64,000 nt of DNA from Candidatus Levyibacteriota bacterium (GTDB lineage Bacteria > Patescibacteriota > Microgenomatia > Levybacterales > UBA12049). Every line of letters begins with the position of its first letter. Position 1 is the stretch's first letter. The stretch is from assembly GCA_038253825.1 (NCBI GenBank), contig JBBSGT010000003.1:463-64462 (forward strand), in the 5' to 3' direction. Below, piece by piece: positions 10,200 through 20,647 of the stretch. The notes under the pieces are model-generated. The model did no database searches, was not told the DNA's origin, and saw only the letters and a program-made list of their open reading frames with translations. The translations under genes and the position numbers were made by a program.

Positions 10200-10960
10200 T
10201 AAAAATTTCGGCAATTATTCTTACAAAAAATGCTGAAGAATTAATCGCAGATTGCATTGATTCTATTTCATTTTGTGATGAAATAATAGTTATTGATGAT
10301 AACTCGTCAGATAGAACTGTTGAGTTGGCGAAGCTGTTAGGAGTAACTGTTTATCAATATGAATCAGAGAGTTTTGCTAAGAAAAGAAATCTTGGGTTAA
10401 AAAAAGCAAAAGGAAAATGGTTACTCTATGTTGATGTGGATGAACGAGTGTCTCCTGATTTAGCAGATGCAATAAAAACGATACTTGAAAGAAAAAGTGA
10501 TATTTATAATGCATACAGAATACAAAGACAAAACTTTTATCTGGGTGATCATGAATGGCCAAAAATAGAAAAATTAGAACGCCTTTTTAAGAAAGCAAAA
10601 CTTGAAGAATGGTATGGAGATCTTCATGAAAGTGCACAAGTAAATGGAGATATTGGGGACATTGATATTGGAGTTATCAAACATTATACCCATCAGGATT
10701 TGACGAGTATGGTAAATAAAACTATCCATTGGTCAAAAATTGAAGCAGAATTGCGAATAAAAGCAAACCATCCGAAGATGTCTTGGTGGAGATTTTATCG
10801 AGTTATGTTTACTGCTTTTTATGATTCTTATATAAAACAAAAGGGTTATAAATCAGGGACGGCAGGCTTGGTTGAAAGTATATTTCAAGCATTTAGCATG
10901 TTTATTACCTATGCAAGGCTTTGGGAAATGCAACAAGAAAAATCATCAATTAAGAAATAA
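10196..10960 (+). CDS. GT2 family glycosyltransferase (LPS-core-type, WaaE/KdtX-like)
   Basis: 'ISAIILTKNAEELIADCIDSISFCDEIIVIDDNSSDRT...YVDVDERV' architecture. Confidence 0.7.
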   Translation: MIKISAIILTKNAEELIADCIDSISFCDEIIVIDDNSSDRTVELAKLLGVTVYQYESESFAKKRNLGLKKAKGKWLLYVDVDERVSPDLADAIKTILERKSDIYNAYRIQRQNFYLGDHEWPKIEKLERLFKKAKLEEWYGDLHESAQVNGDIGDIDIGVIKHYTHQDLTSMVNKTIHWSKIEAELRIKANHPKMSWWRFYRVMFTAFYDSYIKQKGYKSGTAGLVESIFQAFSMFITYARLWEMQQEKSSIKK

Positions 10961-10983
10961 TTACCTTAAATTAATTCTTAATA

Positions 10984-11247
10984 TTATTTCTTTTCTGATA
11001 CACCTTTAATAAAGACATTTTTCCACCCTTTCATCTCGGTATATGTCAATCGTTTTTTGGCAAAGTAAAATAAATAGGCAATTTCGAGTATCCCGAAGGT
11101 GTTGATGACTAAGATAAGAATTAGAATAATGATAAACCAATTCCTCTGATGCAATTGGGCTGCTCTCCAGAGCGCAATTCCTTTCCAAATGATTTCCCAA
11201 ATGAAGAGAACATAAACCAGGAAATTAGGCAAAAAGCTTGTGTCCAT
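10984..11247 (-). CDS. Small 2-TM membrane protein (hypothetical, tentatively PLDc_N-like)
   Basis: Only minus-strand ORF inside the 21-kb + array. 88 aa from the internal Met (MDTSFLPNF...), two hydrophobic helices with conserved Trp residues, Lys-rich tail. Confidence 0.35.
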   Translation of the reverse strand: MDTSFLPNFLVYVLFIWEIIWKGIALWRAAQLHQRNWFIIILILILVINTFGILEIAYLFYFAKKRLTYTEMKGWKNVFIKGVSEKK

Positions 11248-11312
11248 ATGCCTAATCCTACCATGTGATAGGGACGTATGCAAGAGGTGCAAAACTTGCT
11301 ACAATCAGAATA

Positions 11313-12386
11313 ATGAAGATAGGTATTTATGACCCATATTTGGACGATCTCGGTGGTGGAGAAAAATATATGATGACAGTAGCTTCTTGCCTCATGGATC
11401 GGCATGAAGTTAGTATATTTTGGGATAATAAAGACGATATAATTGCCATTGAAAAGCGCTTTTCTCTTCCATTAATGGCTACTAAGTTGGAACCGAACAT
11501 ATTCAATAATAAATTCAACTTTACTTCTCGAATGAGCATAACGAAGAATTATGATGTTCTCATTATCCTCAGTGACGGTAGTATCCCTTTTGTATTCTCT
11601 CGTAAGTTATTTCTTCATATTCAGCAGCCCTTACCCATAAAAAGATCTTCTTCTTTTAAAGATAAAATAAAAATTAAAATAATTTCTAAAATTTTTTATA
11701 ATTCAAAATTTACAAAACAATATAATGCGCCGATTTTCCCAAATGTAAGATCTACAGTGATTTATCCACCTGTTTTCTTCCGAAAAACGAACACAAAAAA
11801 AGAAAATTATATAATTCATGTGGGAAGATTCCGTGTGAAAGATGTTGGTACCAATGATTTTAAAAAACAATCAGTAATGGTAGAAACTTTTAAAAAGATG
11901 GTTGATCAAGGTCTTAAAAACTGGAAGTTCATCCTTGCTGCTAGTGTGAAGAAAGAAGATGAAGCTATGTTTGCTTTACTACAAAAAAATGCAAAAGAGT
12001 ATCCAATTGAGTTCCATATAAACAAAAGTAATGATGATCTGTTCAATTTATATAATAAGTCAAAAATTTATTGGCATGCATCAGGATATGGAGAGGATTT
12101 AGAAACCCATCCTGAATTAGCAGAACATTTTGGTATCTCTACTGTTGAAGCAATGGGGGCCGGCGTTGTTCCTGTGGTGATTAATGCAGGAGGACAGAAA
12201 GAAATTGTTACTGATGGTAAAAATGGGCTCTTATGGAATACAACTGAAGAATTAGCAAAACAGACAATGCAATTGGTTAATGATCAAAAATTATTGCGTA
12301 AACTTTCACAAGAAGCAGAGATACGATCAAAAGATTTCAGTTTAGAAAAATTTTCAGAGAACATATATCAGTTAATACAGTCATGA
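11313..12386 (+). CDS. GT4 family glycosyltransferase
   Basis: Start MKIGIYDPYLDDLGGGEKY, C-terminal 'STVEAMGAGVVPVVINAGGQKEIV' Glycos_transf_1 motif. ATG at 11313; the ORF track starts earlier at a non-ATG codon. Confidence 0.75.
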   Translation: MKIGIYDPYLDDLGGGEKYMMTVASCLMDRHEVSIFWDNKDDIIAIEKRFSLPLMATKLEPNIFNNKFNFTSRMSITKNYDVLIILSDGSIPFVFSRKLFLHIQQPLPIKRSSSFKDKIKIKIISKIFYNSKFTKQYNAPIFPNVRSTVIYPPVFFRKTNTKKENYIIHVGRFRVKDVGTNDFKKQSVMVETFKKMVDQGLKNWKFILAASVKKEDEAMFALLQKNAKEYPIEFHINKSNDDLFNLYNKSKIYWHASGYGEDLETHPELAEHFGISTVEAMGAGVVPVVINAGGQKEIVTDGKNGLLWNTTEELAKQTMQLVNDQKLLRKLSQEAEIRSKDFSLEKFSENIYQLIQS

Positions 12387-13336
12387 ATATAAGTATTGTT
12401 ATTCCAAATTATAATGGGGAAGATCTTTTGCAAAAAAACTTGCCGACAATCATAGAAGCGGTAAAGGACTACAAAGAGGGAAACGTTGAAATTATTATTG
12501 CCGATGATCCATCTACGGATAATTCCCAACATGTCATTGCTGAATTTATAAAAAGTATTTCTCACAAACATATCATCGCCAAAACCATCAGTAATAGAAA
12601 TAAGAAGGAGGCAGGATTCTCAAAAAATGTGAATCGAGGGGTAAGCTTGGCTACCGGAGATGTTCTTATTCTCCTCAATACAGATGTTGCACCACATAAG
12701 GATTTTTTGCAACCACTGTTGAAACATTTTAAAGATGAAAATACATTTGCAGTAGGTTGTATGGATGAAAGCCATGAAGGTAATGAAATAATATTGCGCG
12801 GAAGGGGGACTGCTCGCTGGCAACGGGGTTTTGTTATTCATGCAGCAGGGAGTCTGGATAAAGCCAATACCTTTTGGGTTAGCGGGGGGAGTGGAGCTTT
12901 CCGGAAAAGAATTTGGGATACATTAGGTGGTCTTGATGAATTGTATAATCCATTTTATTGGGAGGATATTGATCTCTCATACCGTGCGTTAAAATCCGGT
13001 TATAAAGTTATTTTTGAAAAAGAAAGTATTGTTGCACATGAGCATAGTAAAGGTTCTATCAAAACACAATTTGCAGAGAAAGGAATTAAGACAATTGCCT
13101 ATCGTAATCAATTTATTTTTACATGGAAAAATATTACTGACAAAAAGTTGATACAATCACATTATAAATGGCTGCCTTATCATTTTCTGAAAGCGTTACT
13201 GAATAGAGATGATGCTTTTTTCAACGGCTACTTTTCTGCACTTGCGGTAAGATCTAAGATTAATAAATCGAAATTAATTGCTCGCAAATTATTTGTAAAA
13301 CATGATGAAGATGTATTACAAGCCTTTCACGAATGA
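12383..13336 (+). CDS. GT2 family glycosyltransferase
   Basis: 'ISIVIPNYNGEDLL...IIIADDPSTDNS', 'NTDV' and 'WEDIDLSYR' motifs. Confidence 0.75.
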   Translation: MNISIVIPNYNGEDLLQKNLPTIIEAVKDYKEGNVEIIIADDPSTDNSQHVIAEFIKSISHKHIIAKTISNRNKKEAGFSKNVNRGVSLATGDVLILLNTDVAPHKDFLQPLLKHFKDENTFAVGCMDESHEGNEIILRGRGTARWQRGFVIHAAGSLDKANTFWVSGGSGAFRKRIWDTLGGLDELYNPFYWEDIDLSYRALKSGYKVIFEKESIVAHEHSKGSIKTQFAEKGIKTIAYRNQFIFTWKNITDKKLIQSHYKWLPYHFLKALLNRDDAFFNGYFSALAVRSKINKSKLIARKLFVKHDEDVLQAFHE

Positions 13337-14049
13337 AGAAGCTATCTGTTATTATTCCGGTTTATAATGAAGAAAAAACTGTTGCACATATCATCAAAAA
13401 AATTATTGCCGTTAAATTACCAATTCCAAAAACAGAGTATATAATTATTGATGACGGCTCCACTGATAAATCTGCGCAAATCATCAAAAGAATTAAGTTA
13501 CCTCATAACTGGAAATTTATCCAACATAAAGATAATAGCGGCAAAGGCGCAGCTGTTATTACAGGAATCAAGAAGGCAACTGGAGACTATATTATTATTC
13601 AAGATGCAGATTTAGAATATGATCCAAAAGATATACTAAAGATTTTACAACCGGTTTTGGATAAAAAGTCATGGGTAGTTTATGGCACGAGACTAAAGCG
13701 AAACCCTAACTTTGCAAGAGATGAAAGAACGATGCAGTTTTTTTTGCATTATATGGGGAACAAATTTTTAAGTCTGATAACAAGCATGTTATATTTTCAC
13801 TGGGTAACAGATATGGAATGTTGTTATAAACTTTTTCCAAAAAATGCATTGGATGGTACAGTCTTGCACGCACGCGGATTCGAATTTGAGCCTGAAATCA
13901 CCGCTAAGTTACTTAAAAAAAACTTTAAGATGGTAGAAGTTTCAATTTCCACCAATCCACGAGGTTATGGTGAAGGTAAAAAATTAAATACTGTTAAAGA
14001 CGGCACAAAAGCGCTTTGGACATTGTTAAAATATCGTTTTATTGATTAA
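13333..14049 (+). CDS. GT2 family glycosyltransferase, DPM1-like polyprenyl-phosphate sugar synthase
   Basis: 'LSVIIPVYNEEKTV...IIIDDGSTDKS...IQDADLEYDP', 238 aa. Confidence 0.75.
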   Translation: MKKLSVIIPVYNEEKTVAHIIKKIIAVKLPIPKTEYIIIDDGSTDKSAQIIKRIKLPHNWKFIQHKDNSGKGAAVITGIKKATGDYIIIQDADLEYDPKDILKILQPVLDKKSWVVYGTRLKRNPNFARDERTMQFFLHYMGNKFLSLITSMLYFHWVTDMECCYKLFPKNALDGTVLHARGFEFEPEITAKLLKKNFKMVEVSISTNPRGYGEGKKLNTVKDGTKALWTLLKYRFID

Positions 14050-14064
14050 ATAAAAAATGGGAGT

Positions 14065-15675
14065 ATGATTAAGAAATTATTTTTACCACTTTTTATTATT
14101 ATTCTTTTTACTGGAACTTTTTTGCGATTTTATCAGTTAGGTTCTATTCCCGCTGCAATGGACTGGGATGAGGTTTCTTGGGGTTATAATGCCTATTCTA
14201 TTCTTCAGACAGGAAAAGATGAATATGGAGCTACATACCCATTATCTTTTCGTGCATTTGGTGATTATAAGCAACCAGTGTATGTCTATGCATCGACGAT
14301 TCCGATTGCGTTTTTTGGGCTGACACCGTTTGCGACACGTTTTCCATCTGCATTTTTTGGCTCACTGAGCATAATTTTTGTGTTTTTATTGACCTATGAG
14401 TTATTTCGAAAGCAACGATATGCACAAACCACGGCATTGCTTACGATGCTATTCTATGCCATATCTCCATGGGCGATCCACTTTAGTAGAGTCGCTTATG
14501 AAGCCAACGTAGGACTATTTTTTATTTTACTTGGTAGTTGGTTATTTATTCGAGGCTTTCATAAAAAGAGACATTGGTATCTTTTTGCGGGAGTTGCCGC
14601 TATGTCTCTGAGTGCATATACCTATCATAGTGATAAATTATTCGCGCCATTACTATTTGTGGCCCTTCTTTTGTATGGATGGAAATATTTTGTGGAAAAG
14701 AAAGTTCTTACTGTAGGCCTTATCATTATTTTCGGATTATGCAATATTTTTTGGGTAGTTGATGGCAGGACTACCGAGCGGGGGAGAAGCGTCTTATTTA
14801 CCGCAGATCAGGCGAAATTACTACATACTTCTCTTCAGGAAATGCAATATGACCACGTACATGGTGATAAATTGGGCGAATTGCTTCATAACAGACGCAT
14901 TGTCTACGTAAACCAATATATAAAAAATTATTTACAGCATTTTAATCCTGAGTGGCTTTTTCTTGCCGGCGATAATCCTCGGCATCATACACCAGGCATG
15001 GGAATATTATACCTCATTGATTTACCGTTTATACTGCTCGGCATATTCTACTTGTTGAAATATCAATTCTCTACATCTTCAATTCTTTTCTTCTGGCTTC
15101 TCTTCGCTCCCGCGGCTTCAGCGCTCGCTGTTGATGCACCTAACGCATCACGGAGTCTTATCTTTCTCCCCACGTGGCAGATCTTTGCGGCCTTTGGATG
15201 GTGGTTTGCTATTTCTTCTGTAGAGAAAAGAAAGCTCAGATTACTTTTTGCAATGCCGATTCTTCTTTTTGTCTTTAATTTTATTTATTTCATTCATCAG
15301 TATTTTGTTCATACCAATATGGAAGTTCAAAAAGACTGGCAGTATGGTTACAAAGAAGCGGTCGACTATGCTTCTCAATATCAACATATAAATAAAAATG
15401 TATTTTTCGGTAAAAATTTTGAACAACCTTATATTTTTTATCTTTTTTACACAAAATATGACCCGGCAAAATATATTGCATCAGGAGGGTCTTCTCGTCT
15501 GTCACAAAGATGTTTTTCTATAGCAAACGCTTATTTCGGAGATTGTACTGATAAAATGAAGTTTGGAGATATATACATGGCAGCAGGAACAGATTCATCG
15601 GAGAAAGGAAAAATCCTAAAACAAATAACGTATACTTACGGAGATCCGGCAATCACTATTTATCAACATCAATGA
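14065..15675 (+). CDS. PMT_2/ArnT-like (GT-C) membrane glycosyltransferase
   Basis: DE motif in the first loop (AAMDWDEVSWGYNAY), more than 10 TM segments, C-terminal soluble domain. Immediately downstream of a DPM1-like GT2. Confidence 0.55.
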   Translation: MIKKLFLPLFIIILFTGTFLRFYQLGSIPAAMDWDEVSWGYNAYSILQTGKDEYGATYPLSFRAFGDYKQPVYVYASTIPIAFFGLTPFATRFPSAFFGSLSIIFVFLLTYELFRKQRYAQTTALLTMLFYAISPWAIHFSRVAYEANVGLFFILLGSWLFIRGFHKKRHWYLFAGVAAMSLSAYTYHSDKLFAPLLFVALLLYGWKYFVEKKVLTVGLIIIFGLCNIFWVVDGRTTERGRSVLFTADQAKLLHTSLQEMQYDHVHGDKLGELLHNRRIVYVNQYIKNYLQHFNPEWLFLAGDNPRHHTPGMGILYLIDLPFILLGIFYLLKYQFSTSSILFFWLLFAPAASALAVDAPNASRSLIFLPTWQIFAAFGWWFAISSVEKRKLRLLFAMPILLFVFNFIYFIHQYFVHTNMEVQKDWQYGYKEAVDYASQYQHINKNVFFGKNFEQPYIFYLFYTKYDPAKYIASGGSSRLSQRCFSIANAYFGDCTDKMKFGDIYMAAGTDSSEKGKILKQITYTYGDPAITIYQHQ

Positions 15676-16532
15676 AAAAATTATCCGTTGTGCTAGCTGT
15701 ATTTAATGAAGAAAAAATGTTGCCTGATTGCCTTGCATCAGTCAAGAATATTGCTGATGAAATCATCATTGTGGATGGATCTTCAACTGACAAAACTGTA
15801 GAAATTGCCAAAAAGTTTGGCGCAAAAGTACTTGTTACCGATAACCCTCCAATATTCCATATTAACAAACAAAAAGCTATCGATATGGCAAAAAATGAAT
15901 GGATTCTGCAACTTGATGCAGATGAACGTGTCAGTCCAGAATTAGCTAAAGAGATTGTAAAAGTTATTGCAATGAGTGATGATGAGATCGATTCATATCA
16001 ACAGAAACTTCCGAAACGAAAATTATTTTTAAAACATCAAGAACTATTGGAAAAGAGAGACGAAAATATTGGCACCCAAAATGGTTCCTATGCAGCGTTC
16101 TTTATCCCCAGGCTCAATTATTTCTTAGGAAAATATTTACATTTCGGCGGAGTTTATCCTGATGGCGTTATTCGATTAATTCGAAAAGGAAAGGCCTATC
16201 TGCCATGCAAAGATGTTCATGAGCAAATGGCAGTAGACGGAAGAGTCGGTTGGCTTGCGCATGATCTTTATCACTATGATTCTCCGACGTTCAAACGCTA
16301 TCTGCAAAGAAATAATCGTTATGTGGAGCTTCTAGCTGCAGATTTACAAAAAAGTAAAAAAAATAAAACTCTTGGAGCATCCATTCAACATATGTTGCTT
16401 TTGCCTTCCTGGTGGTTTTTTCTCACGTACATCCGGCATAAAGGATTCCGCGACGGTTGGCCAGGATTTGTTTTTTCTCTTTTTTCAGCGCTCCGCTTCC
16501 CACGATCCTATCTCAAGTCATTTGAGAAATAA
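15672..16532 (+). CDS. GT2 family glycosyltransferase (LPS-core-type)
   Basis: 'LSVVLAVFNEEKMLPDCLASVKNIADEIIIVDGSSTDKT...LDADERV'. Confidence 0.7.
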   Translation: MKKLSVVLAVFNEEKMLPDCLASVKNIADEIIIVDGSSTDKTVEIAKKFGAKVLVTDNPPIFHINKQKAIDMAKNEWILQLDADERVSPELAKEIVKVIAMSDDEIDSYQQKLPKRKLFLKHQELLEKRDENIGTQNGSYAAFFIPRLNYFLGKYLHFGGVYPDGVIRLIRKGKAYLPCKDVHEQMAVDGRVGWLAHDLYHYDSPTFKRYLQRNNRYVELLAADLQKSKKNKTLGASIQHMLLLPSWWFFLTYIRHKGFRDGWPGFVFSLFSALRFPRSYLKSFEK

Positions 16533-16575
16533 CGCAAACCTAGTTTATCAGCTCATATTTTGCTAAAATAGAGTT

Positions 16576-17556
16576 ATGAAGATATTAGTTACAGGAGGAG
16601 CAGGCTATATAGGTAGCCATATGACCAAAGTATTGCTTGATAAAGGGCATGAAGTGGTTGTGGCTGACAATCTCGAGCGAGGTTTTCAGGAAGCAATCGA
16701 TATGCGTGCTACCTTCAGCAATGGTGATCTTCGCGATAAAAAATTTGTTGAAGAGCTTTTTGCCGATAATCATTTTGATGGTGTTATTCACTTCGCAGCC
16801 TACATCGCAGTTGGTGAGTCCATGCAACATCCTGATATCTATTTCGAAAATAATTTTACCAGCGCATTAAATTTATTGCAGACAATGCACAAAAATAACT
16901 GCAATAACTTCATTTTCTCTTCCACAGCTGCTGTCTATGGTACTCCAACTAAATTACCTATAACAGAAGATCATCCCAAAAAACCTGAAAACCCTTACGG
17001 AGAAAGTAAATATATGGTCGAGAAACTTCTAATGTGGCTGCATCAGATTTATCATCTTAATTTCATTGCGCTTCGTTATTTTAACGCTTCTGGTGCTTCT
17101 ATGGATGCAAGTATAGGTGAAAGGCATGAACCCGAAACACATATCATTCCAAACGTTATAAAAGCAGTTCTAGAGAAGAAATCATTCAAACTTTTTGGCG
17201 ATACGTATAAAACACCAGACGGCTCCTGCATTCGAGACTACATTCATGTGTTAGACCTTTGTGGAGCACATATTTTGGCTTTAGAGAAATTAACAAAAGA
17301 GGGGGAAGGCAATTTCTATAATGTTGGAACAGGGAATGGTTATTCTAATAAAGAAATTGTAGCAATGGTTGAGAAGGTGAGTAGTACAAAAATTGGAATT
17401 GAAGTTATGGGTAAACGAGATGGAGATCCGGATCAACTTATTGCTGATTCGACAAAAATAAAACAAACTCTAGGTTTTTCTCCAAAATATTCTGATTTAG
17501 AAACAATTATTAAAACAGCTTGGGCATGGCACAATCGAAAAGGCCAACAAACATGA
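16576..17556 (+). CDS. galE: UDP-glucose 4-epimerase
   Basis: 'MKILVTGGAGYIGSH', YxxxK (YGESKYM), length and end-to-end pattern match the GalE subfamily of NAD-dependent epimerases. Confidence 0.85.
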   Translation: MKILVTGGAGYIGSHMTKVLLDKGHEVVVADNLERGFQEAIDMRATFSNGDLRDKKFVEELFADNHFDGVIHFAAYIAVGESMQHPDIYFENNFTSALNLLQTMHKNNCNNFIFSSTAAVYGTPTKLPITEDHPKKPENPYGESKYMVEKLLMWLHQIYHLNFIALRYFNASGASMDASIGERHEPETHIIPNVIKAVLEKKSFKLFGDTYKTPDGSCIRDYIHVLDLCGAHILALEKLTKEGEGNFYNVGTGNGYSNKEIVAMVEKVSSTKIGIEVMGKRDGDPDQLIADSTKIKQTLGFSPKYSDLETIIKTAWAWHNRKGQQT

Positions 17557-18605
17557 AAATTGCGCTTGATGTTTCTCCATTACAATCCGGTCATAAAGTT
17601 CGGGGTGTCGGTTCGTATGTTACCTATTTAAAAAAAGCCATCTTGGCTTATTTCCCTGAGAATGAATATATATTCTTTGAAAATAAAAAGGATATTCCCA
17701 ATAATGTTGACTTAGTTCATTATCCTTATTTTGATCCTTTTTTTCTATCTTTGCCACTCATTAAAAAACATAAAACAGTTGTTACCGTCCATGATCTTAT
17801 TCCTCTAGTATTTCCTGATCATTTTCCTGCTGGACTAAAAGGAATGTTGCGTTGGCAGATCCAAAAATACAATTTAAGACATGTCGATGCTCTTATAACG
17901 CAATCAGAAGCTTCAAAAAATGATATTATGCGTATTGTTGCTATCCCTGAAGAAAAAATATCGGTGGCGTATTTAGCTGCGGATGCTGTATTTAAAAAAA
18001 ACAATATAACAAGAGTACACAAGGCAGAAATGCGAAAAAAATATAAACTTCCAGAGGAGTTTTTATTATATGTCGGTGATGTAACATGGAATAAAAATAT
18101 ACCCTTACTTCTGAATGCAGTGAAAGATATCAATGTTTCGCTTGTTATGGTAGGAAAAGCATTAGTTTCTGAAAATGTCGATGAGACAAATGTGTGGAAT
18201 AATGATATCATAGAGGCTCAGAAATTAGCGAAAGAAAATTCCAAAGTGCAGCGCTTAGGCTTCCTTCCAGCCGATGATCTGATTGCTCTTTATAATTTAG
18301 CGACTGCATTCGTTTTTCCATCAATTTACGAAGGATTTGGCTTACCTGTTATTGAAGCCATGCAATCAGGTTGCCCTGTGATTACTACTAGGGAAGGGTC
18401 TTTGGAAGAAGTTGCGGGTGATGCAGCATATTATTTTGATGGGTTTAGTAAGGAGAGTTTATCTGAAGTGATTATGCATGTTATGCATTCTAAAGAACTA
18501 AGAAAAGAATTAAAGGAAAAAGGTTTCGCGCAAGCCAAGAAGTTTAATTGGAGAAAAACAGCTGAAGAAACGATGGCGGTCTATCAACGAGCTTTACAAA
18601 AATAA
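17553..18605 (+). CDS. GT4 family glycosyltransferase
   Basis: 'SIYEGFGLPVIEAMQSGCPVITTREGSLEEVAGDAA' motif. ATG at 17553, overlapping the galE stop (ATGA). Confidence 0.8.
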   Translation: MKIALDVSPLQSGHKVRGVGSYVTYLKKAILAYFPENEYIFFENKKDIPNNVDLVHYPYFDPFFLSLPLIKKHKTVVTVHDLIPLVFPDHFPAGLKGMLRWQIQKYNLRHVDALITQSEASKNDIMRIVAIPEEKISVAYLAADAVFKKNNITRVHKAEMRKKYKLPEEFLLYVGDVTWNKNIPLLLNAVKDINVSLVMVGKALVSENVDETNVWNNDIIEAQKLAKENSKVQRLGFLPADDLIALYNLATAFVFPSIYEGFGLPVIEAMQSGCPVITTREGSLEEVAGDAAYYFDGFSKESLSEVIMHVMHSKELRKELKEKGFAQAKKFNWRKTAEETMAVYQRALQK

Positions 18606-18609
18606 AAAT

Positions 18610-19863
18610 ATGAAACAAGCAGCAAAAAAAGCATTAGAACATCCTTTGATTTATGGGAGTAGCATTATGGTTTTGGGTGGTTTATTGGCAAATGTTTTTA
18701 ATTTACTCTTTAGTTTATTTATGTACAAAAAATTATCTGTTCCTGATATGGGTATATTACAAAGTATTATAACGCTCATAACATTTCCCTCATTATTAGC
18801 CAATGCTGTTAATCCAGTAGTCGTTCGATCAGCAGGGGGTCTTTTTGCAAAAGGTGATTTATCTGCAGTCAGGGGATTATATATTCAATTTTCTAAGTTC
18901 CTTTTAATACTAGGTATACTAGGTTTCATAATTTTTTACTACTATCTACCGTCAATTGGAGACTTCTTTAAAATTAAAGATCACTTTATTTTAATTTTAG
19001 CAGATATAATAATGTTGCTTACACTTATGAGCATTATTAATATTGCTTTTCTCCAGGCGAAATTATCGTTTGGGACAACAGTTATCATTAATTTTATAAG
19101 TGCTTTTGCAAAATTACTTTTAGGTATAGGTTTTGTTCTCCTTGGTTATTCTCTTCATGGTGCTACTGGTTCTTTAGTTATATCAGCGGCATTATTATAT
19201 TTGCTAGGGTTTTTCCCCCTACGATTCATTTTTTTAAAGAAATTAATTACACCTAAAATTAATACAAAGGAGCTAATCGCTTACGGGATTCCTTCTGCGC
19301 TTACAGTTATCGGTTTAACTTCATTTATTTCAGCAGATATTTTGTTAACAAAACACTTTTTTGATCCCGTGAATGCAGGATTATATGCAGGCCTTTCACA
19401 AATCGGGCGAATAATCTTTTATTTAACGGGGCCAATTTGCGGTGTTATGTTTCCAATTATTGTTCGAAAGCATGCTGTTAAGGAGGATTTTAGTAATACT
19501 TTCAAACTTGCTTTACTTTTTATATTGATTCCATCTGTATTTATTTCTACTTTTTATTTTATTTTTCCAAATTTCACAATTTTATTCATCAGCAAAGCGA
19601 GCTACCTTGCCATAGCCCCATATTTAGGTGTCTTCGGGTTATATATATCGGCCTACTGTCTTCTTTATTTATTGGCTACTTTTTATCTTTCAATCAAAAA
19701 AACTAATATCTATTTCCCCATTTTAATAGGCGCTGTTTTGCAAATTGCTTTAATTATTGCGTACCATCAAAATATTGCACAAATTATCATGATATCATTT
19801 AGTATAGTCCTTTTACTTGTGATCGGTTTTTTGCTATATTATCCGTATGCAACAAAAAAATAA
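18610..19863 (+). CDS. Wzx-like flippase / polysaccharide biosynthesis membrane protein (MOP superfamily)
   Basis: 417 aa, about 12 TM helices, second such exporter in the locus. Confidence 0.55.
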   Translation: MKQAAKKALEHPLIYGSSIMVLGGLLANVFNLLFSLFMYKKLSVPDMGILQSIITLITFPSLLANAVNPVVVRSAGGLFAKGDLSAVRGLYIQFSKFLLILGILGFIIFYYYLPSIGDFFKIKDHFILILADIIMLLTLMSIINIAFLQAKLSFGTTVIINFISAFAKLLLGIGFVLLGYSLHGATGSLVISAALLYLLGFFPLRFIFLKKLITPKINTKELIAYGIPSALTVIGLTSFISADILLTKHFFDPVNAGLYAGLSQIGRIIFYLTGPICGVMFPIIVRKHAVKEDFSNTFKLALLFILIPSVFISTFYFIFPNFTILFISKASYLAIAPYLGVFGLYISAYCLLYLLATFYLSIKKTNIYFPILIGAVLQIALIIAYHQNIAQIIMISFSIVLLLVIGFLLYYPYATKK

Positions 19864-20647
19864 TTTTGGAATAAAACTCCTCTCGGTTGTAGTCCCAGCT
19901 TATAAGCAGGAAGAAACTATTATTAATGATATCAAAAATATTTCGTCAACATTAGATACATTAGGATTGCGATATGAAATTATTGTTGTAGTTGACGGTA
20001 TGCATGATAATACTTTTAAGCATGCATCCTCTCTTAAATCAAGGAATGTAAAAATAATAGGTTATGAAAAGAATCAAGGAAAAGGGCATGCAATCAGATA
20101 CGGTATGCTTCATGCAAATGGAGATGTTATCGGATTTATGGATGCAGGAATGGATATTCATCCGATGGGCATGAATATGCTCCTTAATCATATGGAATGG
20201 TACAATGCCGATATTATCGTAGGATCAAAACTTCATCCGGTATCCAAAGTTGATTATCCTCTTTATCGGACGGTTCTTTCATGGGGTTATCGGTTATTAA
20301 CAAAAATCCTTTTCGGTTTTCAGGTAAGAGATACTCAAGTAGGATTAAAATTTTTTAAACGGGTAGTAGTACGTGACGTTCTTCCTCGACTTGTTGTCAA
20401 ACGTTATGCATTTGATATAGAAATATTGGCAGTTGCCTATGCTTTGGGATATAAACGAATCTATGAAGCACCTGTCGAGATTAATTTTAAGCAAAATAAT
20501 ATTACTACCGGAAAGTTGGTAAATGTGATTAGTCTTATGGTTTGGGATACGATTGCTGTATTTTATCGATTAAGAATTTTAGGTTATTACCAAGTTCATA
20601 GAAAACATCTTACTCCAGAAGATATGTCACTTTCGTTATCAAGATGA
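19847..20647 (+). CDS. GT2 family glycosyltransferase, DPM1-like
   Basis: 'LSVVVPAYKQEETI...IIVVVDGMHDNT...FMDAGMDIHP', 266 aa. Confidence 0.75.
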   Translation: MQQKNNFGIKLLSVVVPAYKQEETIINDIKNISSTLDTLGLRYEIIVVVDGMHDNTFKHASSLKSRNVKIIGYEKNQGKGHAIRYGMLHANGDVIGFMDAGMDIHPMGMNMLLNHMEWYNADIIVGSKLHPVSKVDYPLYRTVLSWGYRLLTKILFGFQVRDTQVGLKFFKRVVVRDVLPRLVVKRYAFDIEILAVAYALGYKRIYEAPVEINFKQNNITTGKLVNVISLMVWDTIAVFYRLRILGYYQVHRKHLTPEDMSLSLSR

